Source: a bacterium
Lineage (GTDB): Bacteria > SZUA-182 > DTGQ01
Reading direction: 5' to 3'
NCBI GenBank assembly: GCA_040752695.1
Contig: JBFMGO010000084.1
Location: forward strand, 1 to 27,218
DNA: 27,218 nucleotides
The notes beneath the pieces are model-generated. The model was given only the letters and a program-made list of their open reading frames with translations. It was not told the DNA's origin and made no database searches. Made by a program: the position numbers and the translations under genes. Positions 26,477 to 27,218 of this stretch are shown piece after piece. How positions within the stretch are numbered: position 1 is the first letter of the stretch; each line of letters opens with the position of its first letter.

Positions 26477-26749
26477 TTAATTGACCGAGCTTCTGAAAAT
26501 CTTAGACGGTTTGAAAGTAACAACCTTTCGGGCAGTAATTTCAGCTTCCTCACCTGTCCGGGGATTTCTTCCTGTCCGCGAGGTTTTTTCGCGGATGATG
26601 AATTTACCAAATCCACGGATTTCGACCTGATCGCCTTTGGCCAAAACATCTTTCAAGGTATTGAAAACAGTCTCCACCACATCCTTTGCTTGTTTGTTGC
26701 TGATGTTTAATTCAGTCCAGACATTTTTAACGATATCCTCTTTGGTCAT
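26477..26749 (-). CDS. Integration host factor subunit (HU/IHF family)
   Basis: MTKEDIV, VEIRGFGKF, RTGRNPRTGE, I.ARKVVTFKPS; alpha versus beta not resolvable. Confidence 0.93.
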   Translation of the reverse strand: MTKEDIVKNVWTELNISNKQAKDVVETVFNTLKDVLAKGDQVEIRGFGKFIIREKTSRTGRNPRTGEEAEITARKVVTFKPSKIFRSSVN

Positions 26750-26835
26750 CTGGCTATCTCTCCTTCTTTCCGGGCGTGAAATGAGACAATAAAATATTTA
26801 AAAAGCAGGAATCAAGTCGTGAAAAGCTATTACAA

Positions 26836-26863
26836 CTTATAACAACTCATTTTCCATTGTCAA
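26836..26863 (-). promoter_or_regulatory. Candidate sigma70 promoter for the IHF gene
   Basis: Minus strand TTGACA-16 bp-TATAAG with TG extension. Confidence 0.45.
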
Positions 26864-27037
26864 GTTTTTTATTGTTTTTTGAGGTTATGAGATAACTGTC
26901 TGATAATGATAAGGAAAAATGAGCTTGATTTGTTCTGCGGAGTGTGTCATAATTCAAAAAAAATTATAATTATTAGATAGTTAGCAAATCAAAGGGCCGG
27001 TCTGACGCTTCTTTGCGGCCTTATTCATCAAAAAACA

Positions 27038-27218
27038 ATGAATTATTTTTTTCAGGGAGAAAAAAGCTTTCACTTCGCGGTGCTGATCCTTTGGTTCGTG
27101 ATGGGTCTATTCTGGGGTGGAGAGGCTCTGGTGAAAGCGGACCCGATGCGAAAACCCTGGCCGGAGAGCGGTTGCGGTGTCCGGTCAGAATTGTTGGTCT
27201 CCTCGATGCGGAAAACGA
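27038..27218 (+). CDS. 5' part of a probable exported protein (runs off window)
   Basis: Open frame MNYFFQGEKSFHFAVLILWFVMGLFWGGEALVKADPMRK... with a signal-peptide-like hydrophobic stretch. Confidence 0.45.
   Translation, partial: MNYFFQGEKSFHFAVLILWFVMGLFWGGEALVKADPMRKPWPESGCGVRSELLVSSMRKT

Noticed and set aside
26805..26935. IHF autoregulatory sites (AATCAA words)
   Set aside because: Neither fits the TTR end of the WATCAANNNNTTR consensus.
27060..27218. Structured ncRNA or tRNA at the right end
   Set aside because: No recognisable RNA motif; better explained as a signal-peptide ORF start.

Overview
Chromosomal window from a diderm, probably anaerobic bacterium with many deltaproteobacteria-like genes; taxonomy cannot be fixed from sequence alone. 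Left end: the 3' end of an IS256-family element inserted into an AT-rich, HD-domain-less cas10/csm1 just before where GGDD should be. Upstream of cas10 lie a GC-rich cas6 and a cryptic degenerate two-repeat CRISPR-like mini-array, whose first repeat has expanded into a 7x17-bp tandem array. The adjacent intergenic region carries clustered DnaA boxes and an AT-rich tract (oriC-like). Plus strand: methanogen-type homocysteine biosynthesis pair (DUF39 + NIL-ferredoxin), lipoate ligase with a 13x hexapeptide insert, cdd, a secreted FN3 protein plus MXAN_2562-like OM barrel, two hypotheticals, hisS and aspS. A DUF3782-like nuclease cassette between hisS and aspS is bracketed by a degenerate duplication of the hisS 3' end. 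Minus strand: a four-gene operon (two AlkP-superfamily paralogs, a small RHH-like 'LGY' protein, a DUF106/EMC3-like membrane protein), glgC, an MXAN_6640-like metalloprotease and IHF. Best candidates for undescribed biology: the cas6-proximal mini-array and the AlkP-pair/LGY/Oxa1-superfamily operon. All family assignments are by motif recognition; no searches were run.
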